From assembly GCA_038125265.1 (NCBI GenBank), contig JAYPDM010000007.1:1-53593 (forward strand): a stretch of DNA of 53,593 nt. The letters run 5' to 3'. The stretch is from Gammaproteobacteria bacterium. Lineage in GTDB: Bacteria > Pseudomonadota > Gammaproteobacteria > Steroidobacterales > Rariloculaceae. A model generated the notes under the pieces. That model did no database searches. It saw nothing but the letters and a program-made list of their open reading frames with translations, and was not told the origin of the DNA. Shown here one piece after another: positions 19,560 through 31,427 of the stretch (positions within the stretch are counted from its first letter, which is position 1; the number at the start of each line of letters is the position of its first letter). Both the position numbers and the translations under genes were made by a program.

Positions 19560-20828
19560 ATGCATAGCAACAGAGATGTTTACATTATTGGTGGAGTAAG
19601 AACCCCTTTTGCACGGGCATTTGGTAGTCTAGCGAGCTATACAAACAGAGAGCTCATGGTTCATGTATTAAATGAACTCATTAACAAATACCAAATGCAT
19701 GGAATGCAACTTGGAGAAGTGGCCCTTGGGGCAGTGCTAAAAGATCCGCGTGACTATAACCTAGCGAGAGATGCAGTACTATCTACTCAGCTTGATCCTA
19801 AGACACCAGGCATCGATATACAAAGAGCATGTGCGACCAGCCTCTCTACCCTTGTGCATGTGGCACTTAAGATCAAAACTGGCCAAATAGACTGTGGTAT
19901 TGCCGGAGGCGTTGATAGCATCAGCCAATCTCCTGTCTCACGATCTGAACAATCTGAGAGAGGAACAAAGGTATTGCTCTCAAACAAAGCAAGTAAGATT
20001 TCTCAAGCTCTTCATCGGCTCAAAAATTTTCCTGACTTTCCAACATTTGTCCAAGTGGAAGAATGCGCCACGGGGCTCTCTATGGGAGAAAGTATGGAGC
20101 TGACGGCGAGAAAATGGAAAATTCATAGGGACGATCAAGATAAATATGCTTATGCCAGTCATCAAAAAGCGCTAAGTGGTGCCAGAGCTAATTTTTTTGA
20201 CTCGATTGTTCCTTTAAACGGACTGGATCATGATGATAATGTTCGAGAAAGCAGCCTGGAAAAGCTTGCCCAGTTAAAAACTGTATTTTCTCATGATCAA
20301 GAGGCCACCCTAACCGCGGGAAACAGTACCGCCCTCACCGATGGAGCTGCAGCAATATTGGTGGGAACAAAGGATTGGGCAGAAAAAAATAATTTACCCC
20401 TAATAGCTAAATTTAAGGCATTTGATGAGTCAGCCATAGAATTTTCAAAGAGCGAAGAGTTACTTCTTGGACCTGCGTATTCTATTCCAAAACTCTTATT
20501 GAAAAATAATTTAACGCTTGGTGATATCGATTTTTACGAGATTCATGAAGCATTCGCTGCGCAAACGCTTTGCGTCATGAAAGCGCTGACTGATCAACAT
20601 TTTTTAAAGAATAATGAAGCCCTAGAAATTTTTAGCCCATTAGAATCTGACAAGATAAATACTTACGGAGGTAGTCTAGCTGTAGGCCACCCATTTGCAG
20701 CAACGGGTTCAAGGCTTATACTATCACTAGCAAAACAATTGGGTCACTCAACCAAGAAGTATGGACTTGCTAGCAGCTGTACCGCAGGAGGAATGGCAGT
20801 AAGTGTTTTATTAGAATCATTACATTAA
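19560..20828 (+). CDS. thiolase (acetyl-CoA C-acyl/acetyltransferase family)
   Basis: IIGGVRTPFARAFGS N-terminus, active-site block QRACATSL, and C-terminal GHPFAATGSRL and SSCTAGG blocks. Confidence 0.8.
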   Translation: MHSNRDVYIIGGVRTPFARAFGSLASYTNRELMVHVLNELINKYQMHGMQLGEVALGAVLKDPRDYNLARDAVLSTQLDPKTPGIDIQRACATSLSTLVHVALKIKTGQIDCGIAGGVDSISQSPVSRSEQSERGTKVLLSNKASKISQALHRLKNFPDFPTFVQVEECATGLSMGESMELTARKWKIHRDDQDKYAYASHQKALSGARANFFDSIVPLNGLDHDDNVRESSLEKLAQLKTVFSHDQEATLTAGNSTALTDGAAAILVGTKDWAEKNNLPLIAKFKAFDESAIEFSKSEELLLGPAYSIPKLLLKNNLTLGDIDFYEIHEAFAAQTLCVMKALTDQHFLKNNEALEIFSPLESDKINTYGGSLAVGHPFAATGSRLILSLAKQLGHSTKKYGLASSCTAGGMAVSVLLESLH

Positions 20829-20837
20829 AAGGGAAGC

Positions 20838-22469
20838 ATGGACCAAGTTAGAGAATTATTAAATTTATTGAATGCAATTTTATGGCATGACTGGGTACTT
20901 TTTGCTGTTCTCATCACGGGTATCTTTTTTACGATTGCGACAAGATTCTGTCAATATGCTTCACTCACAGAGGGTTTCGCATTATTAAAAAGTCCTAAGC
21001 AGCATGATGCACCCGGAGCAATCTCACATTTTCAAGCCTTAACTGCCGCGTTATCCGCAACGGTTGGTCTTGGAAATATTGGCGGTGTTGCGCTAGCAAT
21101 TGCTCTAGGAGGCCCTGGTGCAGTATTTTGGATGTGGGTGGTTGGCGTATTCGGTATGGCGCTCAAGTTTTCTGAGGTCACTTTGTCAATGCTGTACAGG
21201 AATATCGAAAATCCTAAAGAGCCCAGTGGCGGTCCAATGTGGGTTATTAAAAAGGGGCTTCCAGAAATTAACCCTCGATTCAAGACATTAGGAAAATTTT
21301 TGGGTGGAGTATTTTGTGTCACCCTCCTTGTCTCGACGGTTACGGGGGGTAACATGTTTCAAGCTTGGAATGTCGGTGAGATTACTCAATCCTACTTTGG
21401 TATACCAAGCTATTTAAGTGGTATCGTTCTTGCGGTGCTTGTTGGGCTCGTGATTATTGGAGGCATTAAACGAATCGGTCAAGTCGCAAGTCGCCTTGTT
21501 CCAATTATGGTATCCATTTATTTACTCGGATCGATTGTTGTTTTAGCTATTAACTTAGAGCTTTTACCCGCAATGTTTGGGTTAATTATTAATTCTGCAT
21601 TCTCCCCTATTGAAGCACAAGGTGCTTTTATAGGTGGAACGGCAGGGGCTGCTTTTTTATTTGGTATGAAAAGAGCGCTATTCTCAAATGAAGCGGGACA
21701 AGGTTCATCTCCTATCGCTCACTCTGCTGTACAAACGGATCAACCTGTCAAGGAAGCTATTGTCGCTGGGCTTGAACCTTTTATTGATACGATCGTAGTC
21801 TGTACCTTTACGGCTTTAGTTGTTTTAAGTACAGGCATTTGGAATCGTCCTGCAGATATTGATAATTCAAATCTCATTTTTATTGAAGAAAATAATAGTG
21901 AATGGGTTATTGAGACTACATCGATTGATCCAAGTAACTTAACGACTCAGGAAAATAATGTTTTTGTAACTTATCAGTACATTAATGATTCAGGAGAAAT
22001 CATCATTGATAGGTATTACGGTCAAATTGAAAATAATCAAACAACTATTTCTTGGGATGGTCATGTTGAGAGTCAAAATCAACCTACCATACTAAGCGAA
22101 GGAATCTTTGTTGACTTTGTGGGTGCTACATTAACTGCACAAGCATTCGATTCAGTTATCCCAGGTTTGGGTAAGTGGATTGTTTCTTTGGCAGCATGGT
22201 TATTTGCACTCTCTACTATGATTTCATGGAGTTACTATGGTGAACAAGGTGTCCTTTATTTATTTGGCGAAAAGTATATTGTCTCTTATAAGCTTATTTT
22301 TTGCTTTTTAGGTGCGCTGGCAACTTTTGGTTGGATGGAGTCAGCGGCAGATCTTGATGCCATTACTGGATTAGGTACCGGTCTTATGCTTTGTGCTAAT
22401 TTACCGATTATTTGGCTATTTTCTGGAAAAGTGATTAAGTCATTTAATCAATACAAAGATAGAGGCTAA
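20838..22469 (+). CDS. alanine/glycine:cation symporter (AGCS family)
   Basis: Polytopic membrane protein. Blocks ISHFQALTAALSATVGLGNIGGVALAI and RALFSNEAGQGSSPIAHSA are characteristic of AGCS carriers. Confidence 0.8.
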   Translation: MDQVRELLNLLNAILWHDWVLFAVLITGIFFTIATRFCQYASLTEGFALLKSPKQHDAPGAISHFQALTAALSATVGLGNIGGVALAIALGGPGAVFWMWVVGVFGMALKFSEVTLSMLYRNIENPKEPSGGPMWVIKKGLPEINPRFKTLGKFLGGVFCVTLLVSTVTGGNMFQAWNVGEITQSYFGIPSYLSGIVLAVLVGLVIIGGIKRIGQVASRLVPIMVSIYLLGSIVVLAINLELLPAMFGLIINSAFSPIEAQGAFIGGTAGAAFLFGMKRALFSNEAGQGSSPIAHSAVQTDQPVKEAIVAGLEPFIDTIVVCTFTALVVLSTGIWNRPADIDNSNLIFIEENNSEWVIETTSIDPSNLTTQENNVFVTYQYINDSGEIIIDRYYGQIENNQTTISWDGHVESQNQPTILSEGIFVDFVGATLTAQAFDSVIPGLGKWIVSLAAWLFALSTMISWSYYGEQGVLYLFGEKYIVSYKLIFCFLGALATFGWMESAADLDAITGLGTGLMLCANLPIIWLFSGKVIKSFNQYKDRG

Positions 22470-23509
22470 TTTTTTTGAATAATCTGCTCAATCATCTCCT
22501 CGGATGATTGAAGAATATCTCTGTATTTTATCCCTAGGCTTTTTATCGACTTGTCGTTTTTTGTGCGCCAAACATAACCGACATTATTCATAATAAACTT
22601 ATATGTTAGAAGCTTAGAAATAAATCTTCCGCTGAGCGCAATAAATATTTTTGGAACTTTTCTTGGGGAAAATTTTACCTTTTTCGGAAATTTTTTCTTT
22701 AAGTATATCCCTATTTCTTTAAAACCAGTGTCTTTAGCTGATGTGATATGTCTTCCCTCTGCCGATAAGTTTTCCATTGCGCTAATATGAGCATCTGCAA
22801 CATCTCTCACATCTACTGCCCCAATATAAATCTCGGGAACACCCAATAAGAAAGCACCTGAAAGATACTGTTTCATCACTTGAAAGCTTTCAGCATCAGG
22901 ATGATGGGTAATACTTGGCCCAATCACAAAAGAGGGATTGATAGTTACCATGGACCACTGATTTTGGGACTTAAATATCTCCCATGCAGCTTTCTCTGCA
23001 AGGGTTTTTGAGTATGAGTATGGGTTATGTAACTCCGAAGAGGTCTCATTCCAACACGACTCATCTGCGATTTGGTTTGGATAATTTTTTAAATCTTGAT
23101 TATCTCCAAGTACAGCAGCCACTGAGCTTGTCAGTACGATCCTTTTTAAGTTTGGATTTACTTTAGCAAGGTTTAAAACATTCTTAGTCCCTTCTAATGC
23201 TGGCAATATCAAGTCTTTGTAAGCTGAATTAATTTTTGATTTAAAGGGAGATGCAGTATGAAAGATCAGAGTGGAATCCATGATAGGTTTTCGCAGTGAA
23301 TCTTTATCAAGTAGATCGGCCTGAAAAAATTGAACTGTACCTTCTAAGGGTTGCACTTTAGACTCTAAGAGCAGGCATCTTGGATCATCCAGCCTTCTCG
23401 AAGTGAGAGAGACATGACAACCTCTCTCAGCTAATTTAAAGGCAATCCATGAGGCAATATAGCCAGAGCCTCCGGTAATTAAAATTTTTTCATTATTCAA
23501 ATTCATCAT
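22466..23509 (-). CDS. NAD(P)-dependent epimerase/dehydratase-family reductase (extended SDR)
   Basis: ITGGSGYIASW Rossmann motif and the YSYSK catalytic YxxxK. Substrate unknown. Confidence 0.7.
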   Translation of the reverse strand: MMNLNNEKILITGGSGYIASWIAFKLAERGCHVSLTSRRLDDPRCLLLESKVQPLEGTVQFFQADLLDKDSLRKPIMDSTLIFHTASPFKSKINSAYKDLILPALEGTKNVLNLAKVNPNLKRIVLTSSVAAVLGDNQDLKNYPNQIADESCWNETSSELHNPYSYSKTLAEKAAWEIFKSQNQWSMVTINPSFVIGPSITHHPDAESFQVMKQYLSGAFLLGVPEIYIGAVDVRDVADAHISAMENLSAEGRHITSAKDTGFKEIGIYLKKKFPKKVKFSPRKVPKIFIALSGRFISKLLTYKFIMNNVGYVWRTKNDKSIKSLGIKYRDILQSSEEMIEQIIQKN

Positions 23510-24432
23510 TACAACTCCAAATTGATCACTGCCAGAGCAATGGGCAGTAGAATAAATGATAACACTGTCGAACCAAGTACCAGCCCTGCCATAAATGATT
23601 CATTTTTTTTATACTTGTGTGCAAATAAATAACAAAAAACAGCCGTAGGCATCATCCCCATACACCAAATCACATTCTGAATAATACCCTCGAACCCGAA
23701 AACTAGATTAACTAAACAAGCAGTTACGATACCTATGAGGATTCTGTAAATCGAAAAGATAAAAATTTCAAGGCTTAGTAATGCATATATATTGCTTAGC
23801 GTCATACCCAGTGAGATTAAAGATAGAGGTATCGCAGTTGAGCCAATGAACGCAATGACTTGATAAATGAAATGTGAAAGATGAAAATTCGTGAAATAAA
23901 TGATTAGTCCAACACAAGTTGCTATGACCACGGGAACTTTAAAAAATTGTCTTAAGCTAAATGACTTATCACCAAGAAAGATTGGCGTTAAAAAAAATTG
24001 TGCGCTCACTAGAACAACAAAAAATGAGATTGCATATTCCAGTCCCTCTGAATGAAATAAATAATAACTTACAGGAAGTCCTAGATTTCCGACATTACCA
24101 AAAATCATGCCATGAGCAGTCAAATTAAAATTTTTGTTGTGGATTCGTAAAATGAGAAAACTAAAAATAACCGTGAATAACAGATACATAAAACCTGCCA
24201 GCATCACTTGAGTCGTTTCATTTAGAGACATATTCAGTCTCGAAAACGTTGCAATAATAAGCAAAGGAGTTGCTAAGTTAGCAACATAACTTACTAAAAG
24301 GTCAGAATAGTGGTGTCTCTTTTCCTCTAGCGCAGCTGGAAGAATAAACCTTCCAATCACTAGGCCAAGCGATGTCCAAAAAAGGATCGGAGCAAATAAA
24401 ATTAATACTCCCAGAAAGTTATGGGGCATCAA
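23509..24432 (-). CDS. AEC-family (auxin efflux carrier-like) membrane transporter
   Basis: 307 aa, about 10 hydrophobic segments, and size and architecture typical of AEC permeases. The assignment is by overall similarity only. Confidence 0.55.
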   Translation of the reverse strand: MMPHNFLGVLILFAPILFWTSLGLVIGRFILPAALEEKRHHYSDLLVSYVANLATPLLIIATFSRLNMSLNETTQVMLAGFMYLLFTVIFSFLILRIHNKNFNLTAHGMIFGNVGNLGLPVSYYLFHSEGLEYAISFFVVLVSAQFFLTPIFLGDKSFSLRQFFKVPVVIATCVGLIIYFTNFHLSHFIYQVIAFIGSTAIPLSLISLGMTLSNIYALLSLEIFIFSIYRILIGIVTACLVNLVFGFEGIIQNVIWCMGMMPTAVFCYLFAHKYKKNESFMAGLVLGSTVLSFILLPIALAVINLEL

Positions 24433-24433
24433 T

Positions 24434-25843
24434 TTATAAGTTTTTTAGCACTTCATCCAAACTTTCTTTAGCATCGCCAAAAAGCATTTGGGTATTCTCT
24501 TTAAAGAAAAGAGGATTTTGTACCCCAGCATATCCCGATGCCATGCTTCTTTTAAGCACTATGGTCGTATCACCTTTCCATACCTCTAGCACCGGCATAC
24601 CAGCGATAGGGCTATCGGGCTCATCTTGAGCAGAAGGATTTACAATATCATTTGCACCTATGATTATTGATACATCGACTTCAGGAAAGTCTTCATTGAT
24701 CTCATCCATTTCTAATACGATGTCATAGGGAACCTTCGCCTCTGCCAAAAGGACATTCATGTGCCCAGGCATCCTGCCGGCGACCGGATGTATTGCGAAC
24801 CTGACATTGACCCCCTTGGATCTAAGAACTTTAGTAATCTCATAGACAGTATGTTGTGCTTGAGCGACTGCCATTCCATAACCGGGAACAATCACAACAT
24901 TCTTAACAGTTTTAAGAAGATTGGCTGTCTCTATAACATCAATAGGCGTAACTTCACCTTGGTCTTCGCTCGAACTTGATGAGCTCCCACCGGCGGTACC
25001 AAAACCACCAGCGATCACAGATAGGAATTTTCTATTCATGGCTTTGCACATGATATAGCTCAAAATAGCACCACTGCTTCCGACAAGCGCCCCTGTCACG
25101 ATCAATAGATCGTTGCCTAGCATAAATCCTGTTGCTGATGCCGCCCAGCCAGAGTAACTATTGAGCATGGAGACAACAACAGGCATATCCGCTCCACCAA
25201 TCGCCATCACCATGTGAATACCTAAAAATAAAGCAATAGCAGTCATAACATACATTGGCTGTATGGCAAGTTCTTGTGTAGGTGCTGTCGCAAACTCATA
25301 ACCAAAATAAAACACAAGGATCACTAGAACAAGGTTGAGCCAATGTCTTAGAGGAAGCATCAGTGGCTTACCACTTATTCTTCCGCTTAGCTTACCAAAG
25401 GCTATGATTGAACCAGAAAAGGTAACAGCGCCAATAAAAATACCTATGTAAGTCTCAACATCATGAATCACTTTTTCAACGCCTACATAACGATCCCAAA
25501 CAGCAATATCAAAAAAGTTTGCAAACCCAACAAAACAAGCCGCAAGCCCTACAAGGCTATGTAAAATTGCAACAAGCTCGGGCATTTCTGTCATCTGAAC
25601 TTTTTTCGCTAGATAGAGGCCAATTCCACCACCAATTACGAGTGCGCCAAGCAATAATTCCATATTGTTTGTTACTGCACTCAAAATGCTAACAATTAAA
25701 GCTATTGCCATTCCGGTAATACCATAAATATTTCCTCTTCTAGAGGACTCAGGATGACTCAGGCCGCCTAAAGCAAGAATGAATAGAACAATAGCCCCAA
25801 GGTAAGCTACATTTGCAACACCAGTCGATACTAAATTACTCAT
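24434..25843 (-). CDS. pntB: NAD(P) transhydrogenase subunit beta
   Basis: N-terminal membrane domain plus a C-terminal NADP(H) domain ([30 protein letters not shown]). Confidence 0.9.
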   Translation of the reverse strand: MSNLVSTGVANVAYLGAIVLFILALGGLSHPESSRRGNIYGITGMAIALIVSILSAVTNNMELLLGALVIGGGIGLYLAKKVQMTEMPELVAILHSLVGLAACFVGFANFFDIAVWDRYVGVEKVIHDVETYIGIFIGAVTFSGSIIAFGKLSGRISGKPLMLPLRHWLNLVLVILVFYFGYEFATAPTQELAIQPMYVMTAIALFLGIHMVMAIGGADMPVVVSMLNSYSGWAASATGFMLGNDLLIVTGALVGSSGAILSYIMCKAMNRKFLSVIAGGFGTAGGSSSSSSEDQGEVTPIDVIETANLLKTVKNVVIVPGYGMAVAQAQHTVYEITKVLRSKGVNVRFAIHPVAGRMPGHMNVLLAEAKVPYDIVLEMDEINEDFPEVDVSIIIGANDIVNPSAQDEPDSPIAGMPVLEVWKGDTTIVLKRSMASGYAGVQNPLFFKENTQMLFGDAKESLDEVLKNL

Positions 25844-25853
25844 AACTCACCAC

Positions 25854-27392
25854 CTATTTTTGAAACATGTTAAGCATACGCCGGGTAACAGCAAAGCCAC
25901 CTGCGATGTTTATACTCGTAATAAGGACAGTCGCAACTGCTATCCATGTAATTAGAAGCTGATCGGAGCTAATTTGAAGAACTGCACCGATAATAATAAT
26001 ACTGCTTATGGCATTCGTAACACTCATCAATGGGGTATGAAGCGCTGGAGTAACATTCCAAATCACCATATATCCTATAAAACATGCAAGCACGAAAACA
26101 GTAAAGTGCTCCATGAATGATGCGGGAGCCACTGATCCCATCCATAACAATGCGGCCGAAGCTATTACTGCTGCCACAATATTTCCAAATGTTTTGCTCT
26201 CCTCTTTTTTCTCCTGCAGAGGTGGTGAAGTATCCTTATTATCTGCTTGAGGTTTAGGTGCTGCTGAAAGTTTTGGGGCAGGAGGTGGCCAAGTTATGGA
26301 GCCCTCATGAATAACTGTCGCTCCTCTTATCGCCTCATCCTCCATATCGACAATAATGTTCCCATCCTTTTCGGGGCACATATCGGTGAGAATATGTCTC
26401 AAATTTGTTCCATAGAGTTGACTCGCTTGCGCAGCCAAGCGGCTAGGCAAATCAGTGTACCCAATGATCGTAACTCCCTCATGATCGACTACCTCATTGG
26501 CTTGAGTAAGTTCGCTGTTCCCGCCCTGCTCGGCTGCCAAATCTACAATGACAGAGCCTCTTCGCATCGAAGTAATCATTTCTTTGGTAATCAATTTAGG
26601 GGCAGGCTTGCCTGGAATAAGGGCTGTGGTAATGATGATATCTACATCTTTGGCTTGTTCAGCAAATAGCTCCATCTCTGCCTTAATAAATTCATCGCTC
26701 ATGACCTTGGCGTAACCGCCTTCTCCAGAGCCATCCTCCTCAAAATCTAACATTAAGAATTCAGCATCCATGCTTTCTACTTGTTCTTTGACTTCAGGTC
26801 GCGTATCAAATGCTCTGACAATGGCTCCCATACTTTTGGCAGCACCGATTGCAGCAAGACCTGCCACTCCTGCGCCAATGACTAGGACTTTAGCTGGAGG
26901 AATTTTTCCAGCAGCAGTTATTTGGCCCGTAAAAAATCTTCCGAAGTGTTGTGATGCCTCGACCACGGCACGATACCCTGCAATATTTGCCATAGAACTG
27001 AGGGCATCCATCTTTTGTGCTCGAGAAATTCTCGGCACACTATCCATCGCAAGAATAGTTGCGCCGGTCTGGCTTAGTTTTTCTAAAAGCTCTTTATTCT
27101 GAGCAGGCCAGATAAAGCTTATTAATGTTTTGCTCGAGTCTAAGAGCCCCACCTCTTCCTCTGAGGGTGCTCTAACTTTAAGTATAATGTCAGACTCAGT
27201 CCACAGGCTTGCGGTATCTTTTATACTCGCTCCCGATTCTTTATAAAGATCATCGGTAAACGATGCGAGATCCCCAGCTTTTGATTCAACATTAACTTCA
27301 AATCCAAGTTTTATAAGATCTTTGACAACTTCAGGAGTAGCTGCAACTCTTTTCTCTAGACTGTAAACCTCTTTGGGGATACCAATTTTCAT
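25854..27392 (-). CDS. pntA: NAD(P) transhydrogenase subunit alpha
   Basis: Starts MKIGIPKE at ATG 27392, preceded by GGAG; the ORF-track start at 27413 is a TTG extension. Has an alanine-dehydrogenase/PNT fold ([17 protein letters not shown]) and C-terminal TM helices. Confidence 0.9.
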   Translation of the reverse strand: MKIGIPKEVYSLEKRVAATPEVVKDLIKLGFEVNVESKAGDLASFTDDLYKESGASIKDTASLWTESDIILKVRAPSEEEVGLLDSSKTLISFIWPAQNKELLEKLSQTGATILAMDSVPRISRAQKMDALSSMANIAGYRAVVEASQHFGRFFTGQITAAGKIPPAKVLVIGAGVAGLAAIGAAKSMGAIVRAFDTRPEVKEQVESMDAEFLMLDFEEDGSGEGGYAKVMSDEFIKAEMELFAEQAKDVDIIITTALIPGKPAPKLITKEMITSMRRGSVIVDLAAEQGGNSELTQANEVVDHEGVTIIGYTDLPSRLAAQASQLYGTNLRHILTDMCPEKDGNIIVDMEDEAIRGATVIHEGSITWPPPAPKLSAAPKPQADNKDTSPPLQEKKEESKTFGNIVAAVIASAALLWMGSVAPASFMEHFTVFVLACFIGYMVIWNVTPALHTPLMSVTNAISSIIIIGAVLQISSDQLLITWIAVATVLITSINIAGGFAVTRRMLNMFQK

Positions 27393-27523
27393 AGAACTCT
27401 CCAAGCAGAACAATTTCTTTGGGGGTATTTTATCCTAAGCTCAGTATAAGGTGTATATTAATTATGTATTAAGCGAGAAGAGTATCTTCGTATAAGCGCA
27501 AAACATGGAATTCTAAATTACTA

Positions 27524-29689
27524 ATGCATTATCACTACAGATTAGCTTGTGAAGTAGCACTACCAATCTCTTATCAACAAAGCCTTCAATATGAAATTAA
27601 GCATCTGGAGTCAATAAAAATTGGCTCTAGAGTTGAGGTTGAGGTCGGCAAACAAAAGAAGATGGGAATCATCATTAAATTAATGAGGCACCATACCTCC
27701 TCAATTAAGTTAAAGCCTGTCATCAACCTTTTTGAATCTGTTCCTACTTTTACTCCCGAGGCACTAAAAGAGCTCATGTGGGTAAGTAGTTACTACCACA
27801 TTCCATTGGGAGAAATTATCTTTTCTGCCTTTCCCTCTTATTTGAAAAAGCGAGGCTCGATTAAAAAAGAGAATGAATTTAACTATGTCATTAACTCATC
27901 AGAAACCATGCACTTAAGGGGTAACAAACAAATTAGAGCTATTGAGCTTTTAAAACGTCAGCCCATGACAATGGCTGATCTTAGGAGCAATGGAATTTCA
28001 AGAGAGACCGTTAAAAATCTTGAAGCTAAAAATTTTATAGCTGCTATCTCGCCTAATTCAATAAGTCCCTCTCTAGAAATTAAAAAGAATAATTTACTGA
28101 GGCTTAACAATGATCAAGTTCAATGCCTAAAAAACATTAAGAGTAAATCGAATGATTTTTATACACATCTAATTTATGGAGTGACAGGTTCTGGCAAAAC
28201 AGAAATCTACTTAAATCTGATAGATTTTTTTGTAAAACAAAAAAAACAAGTTTTGTTAATGGTTCCTGAAATATCTCTCACGCCTCAATTATTAAATAGA
28301 ATGCAAGCTAGATTTCATGGAGAGATTGGAGTTTATCACTCAAAAGTTAGCGAAAAGCAAAAATACAATGTATGGAAAAAACTTAAAATGGGTGAAATAT
28401 CATGTGTCATAGGTACGCGATCATCTGCATTCTTACAATTTAACAAACTAGGAGCAATTATCATTGATGAAGAACATGATTCTTCGTTCAACCAAAAAAA
28501 TCCCTATGCTTTTTCTGCAAAAAATATACTTATTAAAAAGGCAAGCATAGAGAGGATTCCAATTATCCTAGGAAGCGCTACTCCTTCACTCGAGAGTCTC
28601 TTCAATATAAAAGAGAAACAATTCATTCTCCATGAGCTTCCTGATAGAACTGGCACGGCAAAATTACCTAGCATAAGACTGATTGATAAAAATAATCATA
28701 AGGAAAAAAATGGTTTTACAATTTCAGCTCTGCAGGCGATTAAAAAACATCTAGCCAACAAAAATCAAATTTTTATATATGTTAATAGAAAAGGGTTTGC
28801 ACCCATTTGTTATTGTACAAATTGTAATTTAGCTAAAGCATGTAATGGGTGCAGCAGTCGCCTTGTCTACTATAAAAGAAAAAATATTTTTAAATGCCAA
28901 ATCTGCAATAAGCAGGAAATAGCAAAAATTCATTGCGATCAATGTGGTCATGACTTGAAATTTTTAGGTCAGGGTACAGAACAAATTAAAGATTTTGTAA
29001 CAGAAAAGTTTCCTTTGTCTCGTGTTGGAATCATTGATTCAGATATTATTGATAGCAGTCAAAAGCTCGATTCATTTCTTTCAAAAATTAATGAAAAAAA
29101 ACTGGATATCATCATTGGTACGCAGCTTTTTTCAAAAGGTCACGATTTTAAAAATATTACGCTTGCTATTATTTTGGATGCAGATCAGGGAATCTATGGT
29201 ATCGACTTCAGATCGCATGAAAAACTTCTTCAGCAGTTATTTCAGGTCTCAGGTAGATCCGGCCGAGGAGAAAAAGGAGGCGAGGTTCTTGTCCAAACCT
29301 ATAATACAAAACATCCTATTTTCTCTTATTTATTGAAACAAGATTATATAGGAGCCTCTCGCTATTTACTCGATGAACGTGTTGAGGCACACTGGCCGCC
29401 ATTTCATCATTTAGCTGCAATCATTTGTCAATCTAAGTCTCAAGAAAGTGCTTTTTCATTACTTAACAAAATAAAACAAAAAACTCTAATCAATGACAAA
29501 AGAATCAAGTTATTAGGTCCAGCGTCTAATATAATACTTAAGAGAAAAGGCATGTATGGTATGCACTTACTGATACAAAGTAGCGATAGAAAATTGTTAA
29601 ATAAAACAATTAATGACCTAAAGCCTTTTATTTTAAATTTACAAAAAAGCAACCAAATAAAAATTCAAGTTGATCCTCATGAAATCTAA
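27524..29689 (+). CDS. priA: primosomal replication-restart helicase PriA
   Basis: Walker A GVTGSGKTEIY, DEEHD box, and a Cys-rich zinc module (CYCTNCN...CNGC...CQIC...CDQC). Confidence 0.9.
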   Translation: MHYHYRLACEVALPISYQQSLQYEIKHLESIKIGSRVEVEVGKQKKMGIIIKLMRHHTSSIKLKPVINLFESVPTFTPEALKELMWVSSYYHIPLGEIIFSAFPSYLKKRGSIKKENEFNYVINSSETMHLRGNKQIRAIELLKRQPMTMADLRSNGISRETVKNLEAKNFIAAISPNSISPSLEIKKNNLLRLNNDQVQCLKNIKSKSNDFYTHLIYGVTGSGKTEIYLNLIDFFVKQKKQVLLMVPEISLTPQLLNRMQARFHGEIGVYHSKVSEKQKYNVWKKLKMGEISCVIGTRSSAFLQFNKLGAIIIDEEHDSSFNQKNPYAFSAKNILIKKASIERIPIILGSATPSLESLFNIKEKQFILHELPDRTGTAKLPSIRLIDKNNHKEKNGFTISALQAIKKHLANKNQIFIYVNRKGFAPICYCTNCNLAKACNGCSSRLVYYKRKNIFKCQICNKQEIAKIHCDQCGHDLKFLGQGTEQIKDFVTEKFPLSRVGIIDSDIIDSSQKLDSFLSKINEKKLDIIIGTQLFSKGHDFKNITLAIILDADQGIYGIDFRSHEKLLQQLFQVSGRSGRGEKGGEVLVQTYNTKHPIFSYLLKQDYIGASRYLLDERVEAHWPPFHHLAAIICQSKSQESAFSLLNKIKQKTLINDKRIKLLGPASNIILKRKGMYGMHLLIQSSDRKLLNKTINDLKPFILNLQKSNQIKIQVDPHEI

Positions 29690-31424
29690 AAATAACAAAT
29701 ATATATTTCATCAATTAAATGAACTATTTGACCAGGCCATTCTAGAAATCGTTAAGGATCCAAAAATCAAATTGAATTATCAAATTGATAGAACTAAAAA
29801 TATAAGTCACGGCGATTTTAGCTGTAATGCAGCGATGACTTTATCAAAACACCTTAAAATGAAGCCCTTTGATTTAGCACAAAAAATTATGGATGCTTTG
29901 GGGTCAAATAAAATCATTTTAAAAACTGAGATTGCTGGTCCAGGATTTATAAATATTTTTATTAACGATGAAGTCTATACCGATGAACTGAAATCCATCC
30001 TCAAGCAAAATGCGGATTACGGAAAAATCGTTCGCGAGAATCCAAAAAAGATTTTAATTGAGTATGTTTCAGCAAATCCTACCGGCCCGCTTCATGTAGG
30101 GCATGGTAGGGGTGCGGCATACGGAAGCACGATGGCAAACATTCTAAAAGCAAGTGGTGAGGAAGTCATACAGGAATACTATGTCAATGACGGGGGGCGT
30201 CAGATGGATATTCTTGCTCTCAGTGTTTACCTAAGGTATTTGCAATTAAACAACGGATCATTCAATTATCCTGAAAAGTGTTACCAAGCTGAATATGTTG
30301 AAGAAATTGCATTAAACATACATAGAGAAAAAGGGTTTCAGTTCCCTCCCTCAGATAAACTTATTCATCTCCTAGATGATAATGATAGTTCTGAGGAGTC
30401 TCTTGATAATCTTATAAATGAGCTCAAAAATCTTTTAGATCAAGATTATGATCTATTTTTTAATGCCGGCCTGGATTCAATTCTCTCTGATATAAAGCAC
30501 GATCTTGGTGAGTTTGGCGTTACTTTCGATATCTGGGCATCGGAGAAAAAGTTCCTTAGTGGCGATATTTATATGGATTGTATCCAAAAAATTAAAGATA
30601 GCGACTTTACTTATGAAAAAGACGGGGCCCTATGGTTTAGCTCTATGGAATTTGGTGATGATAAGGATAGAGTTTTAATTCGAGAAAATGGACAGCCGAC
30701 CTATTTTGCATCCGACCTTGCCTACCATATCGATAAATATGAAAGAGGCTTTGATCAATATATCAATGTGTGGGGCGCTGATCATCATGGCTATTTAAAA
30801 CGTATGGAAGCTGGACTTGAAGCCTCAAAGAAGGATCCGAAGTTACTTAAAGTCATATTTATCCAATTTGTTTCTCTTTTCAAAAAAGGAGAGAAGGTAC
30901 AAATGAGTACGCGCTCCGGTAACTATATTACCTTACGTGAGTTGAGAGATGAGGTTGGCAATGATGCCACTCGTTTTTTTTATGTTAGTAGATCCAGTGA
31001 TCAACATCTTGACTTTGACATGACGCTTGCAGTTGAGCACAGCAACGAAAATCCAGTATTTTATGTTCAATATGCTCATGCAAGACTTTGCAGCATATTA
31101 AGGCAGAACGATATAAGCTTAGAAAAATTAGTGAGTACTTCTGACTTAAGTCTTTTGACTAATGATCAAGAAATAAATTTAATGAAAGAACTATCAAAAT
31201 TTCCGGAGCACATCGAAATGTCAAGCAAGACTCTATCCCCCCAGATCATTACAAGCTATGCTAAAAACATAAGCTCCCTCTTTCATACGAATTATGCAGC
31301 AAATAAGGTGATTGTAGATAATGAAGCACTGATGAGAGCAAGATTATCGCTCTGCTATGCGACAAAGTTTGTTATTAATAATGTACTGGACTTAATAGGA
31401 GTCTCGGCTCCAGAAAAAATGTAA
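29679..31424 (+). CDS. argS: arginine--tRNA ligase
   Basis: Class I HIGH-type motif (SANPTGPLHVGHGRGA) and a DALR anticodon-binding C-terminus. ATG 29679 is preferred over TTG 29670. It overlaps priA by 11 nt. Confidence 0.9.
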   Translation: MKSKNNKYIFHQLNELFDQAILEIVKDPKIKLNYQIDRTKNISHGDFSCNAAMTLSKHLKMKPFDLAQKIMDALGSNKIILKTEIAGPGFINIFINDEVYTDELKSILKQNADYGKIVRENPKKILIEYVSANPTGPLHVGHGRGAAYGSTMANILKASGEEVIQEYYVNDGGRQMDILALSVYLRYLQLNNGSFNYPEKCYQAEYVEEIALNIHREKGFQFPPSDKLIHLLDDNDSSEESLDNLINELKNLLDQDYDLFFNAGLDSILSDIKHDLGEFGVTFDIWASEKKFLSGDIYMDCIQKIKDSDFTYEKDGALWFSSMEFGDDKDRVLIRENGQPTYFASDLAYHIDKYERGFDQYINVWGADHHGYLKRMEAGLEASKKDPKLLKVIFIQFVSLFKKGEKVQMSTRSGNYITLRELRDEVGNDATRFFYVSRSSDQHLDFDMTLAVEHSNENPVFYVQYAHARLCSILRQNDISLEKLVSTSDLSLLTNDQEINLMKELSKFPEHIEMSSKTLSPQIITSYAKNISSLFHTNYAANKVIVDNEALMRARLSLCYATKFVINNVLDLIGVSAPEKM

Positions 31425-31427
31425 CTG

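Noticed and set aside
21840-22140. An extra N/S/T-rich segment of about 100 aa between TM helices of the AGCS symporter (RPADIDNSNLIFIEENN...ILSEGIFVDF), making the protein 543 aa.
   Set aside because: AGCS carriers vary considerably in length, and I recall marine members of similar size. Without an alignment I cannot show that this is an unusual insertion.
26307-27102. Long antisense or alternative-frame ORFs inside real genes: 26307-26669 and 26770-27102 opposite pntA, 21032-21355 opposite AGCS, 7602-7901 opposite ggt, 29022-29336 in a second frame of priA, and 14405-14755 in a second frame of gltD.
   Set aside because: Their translations are low-complexity with no recognisable motifs. They lie entirely within strongly supported genes, and none has a Shine-Dalgarno. 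They are best explained as chance open frames.
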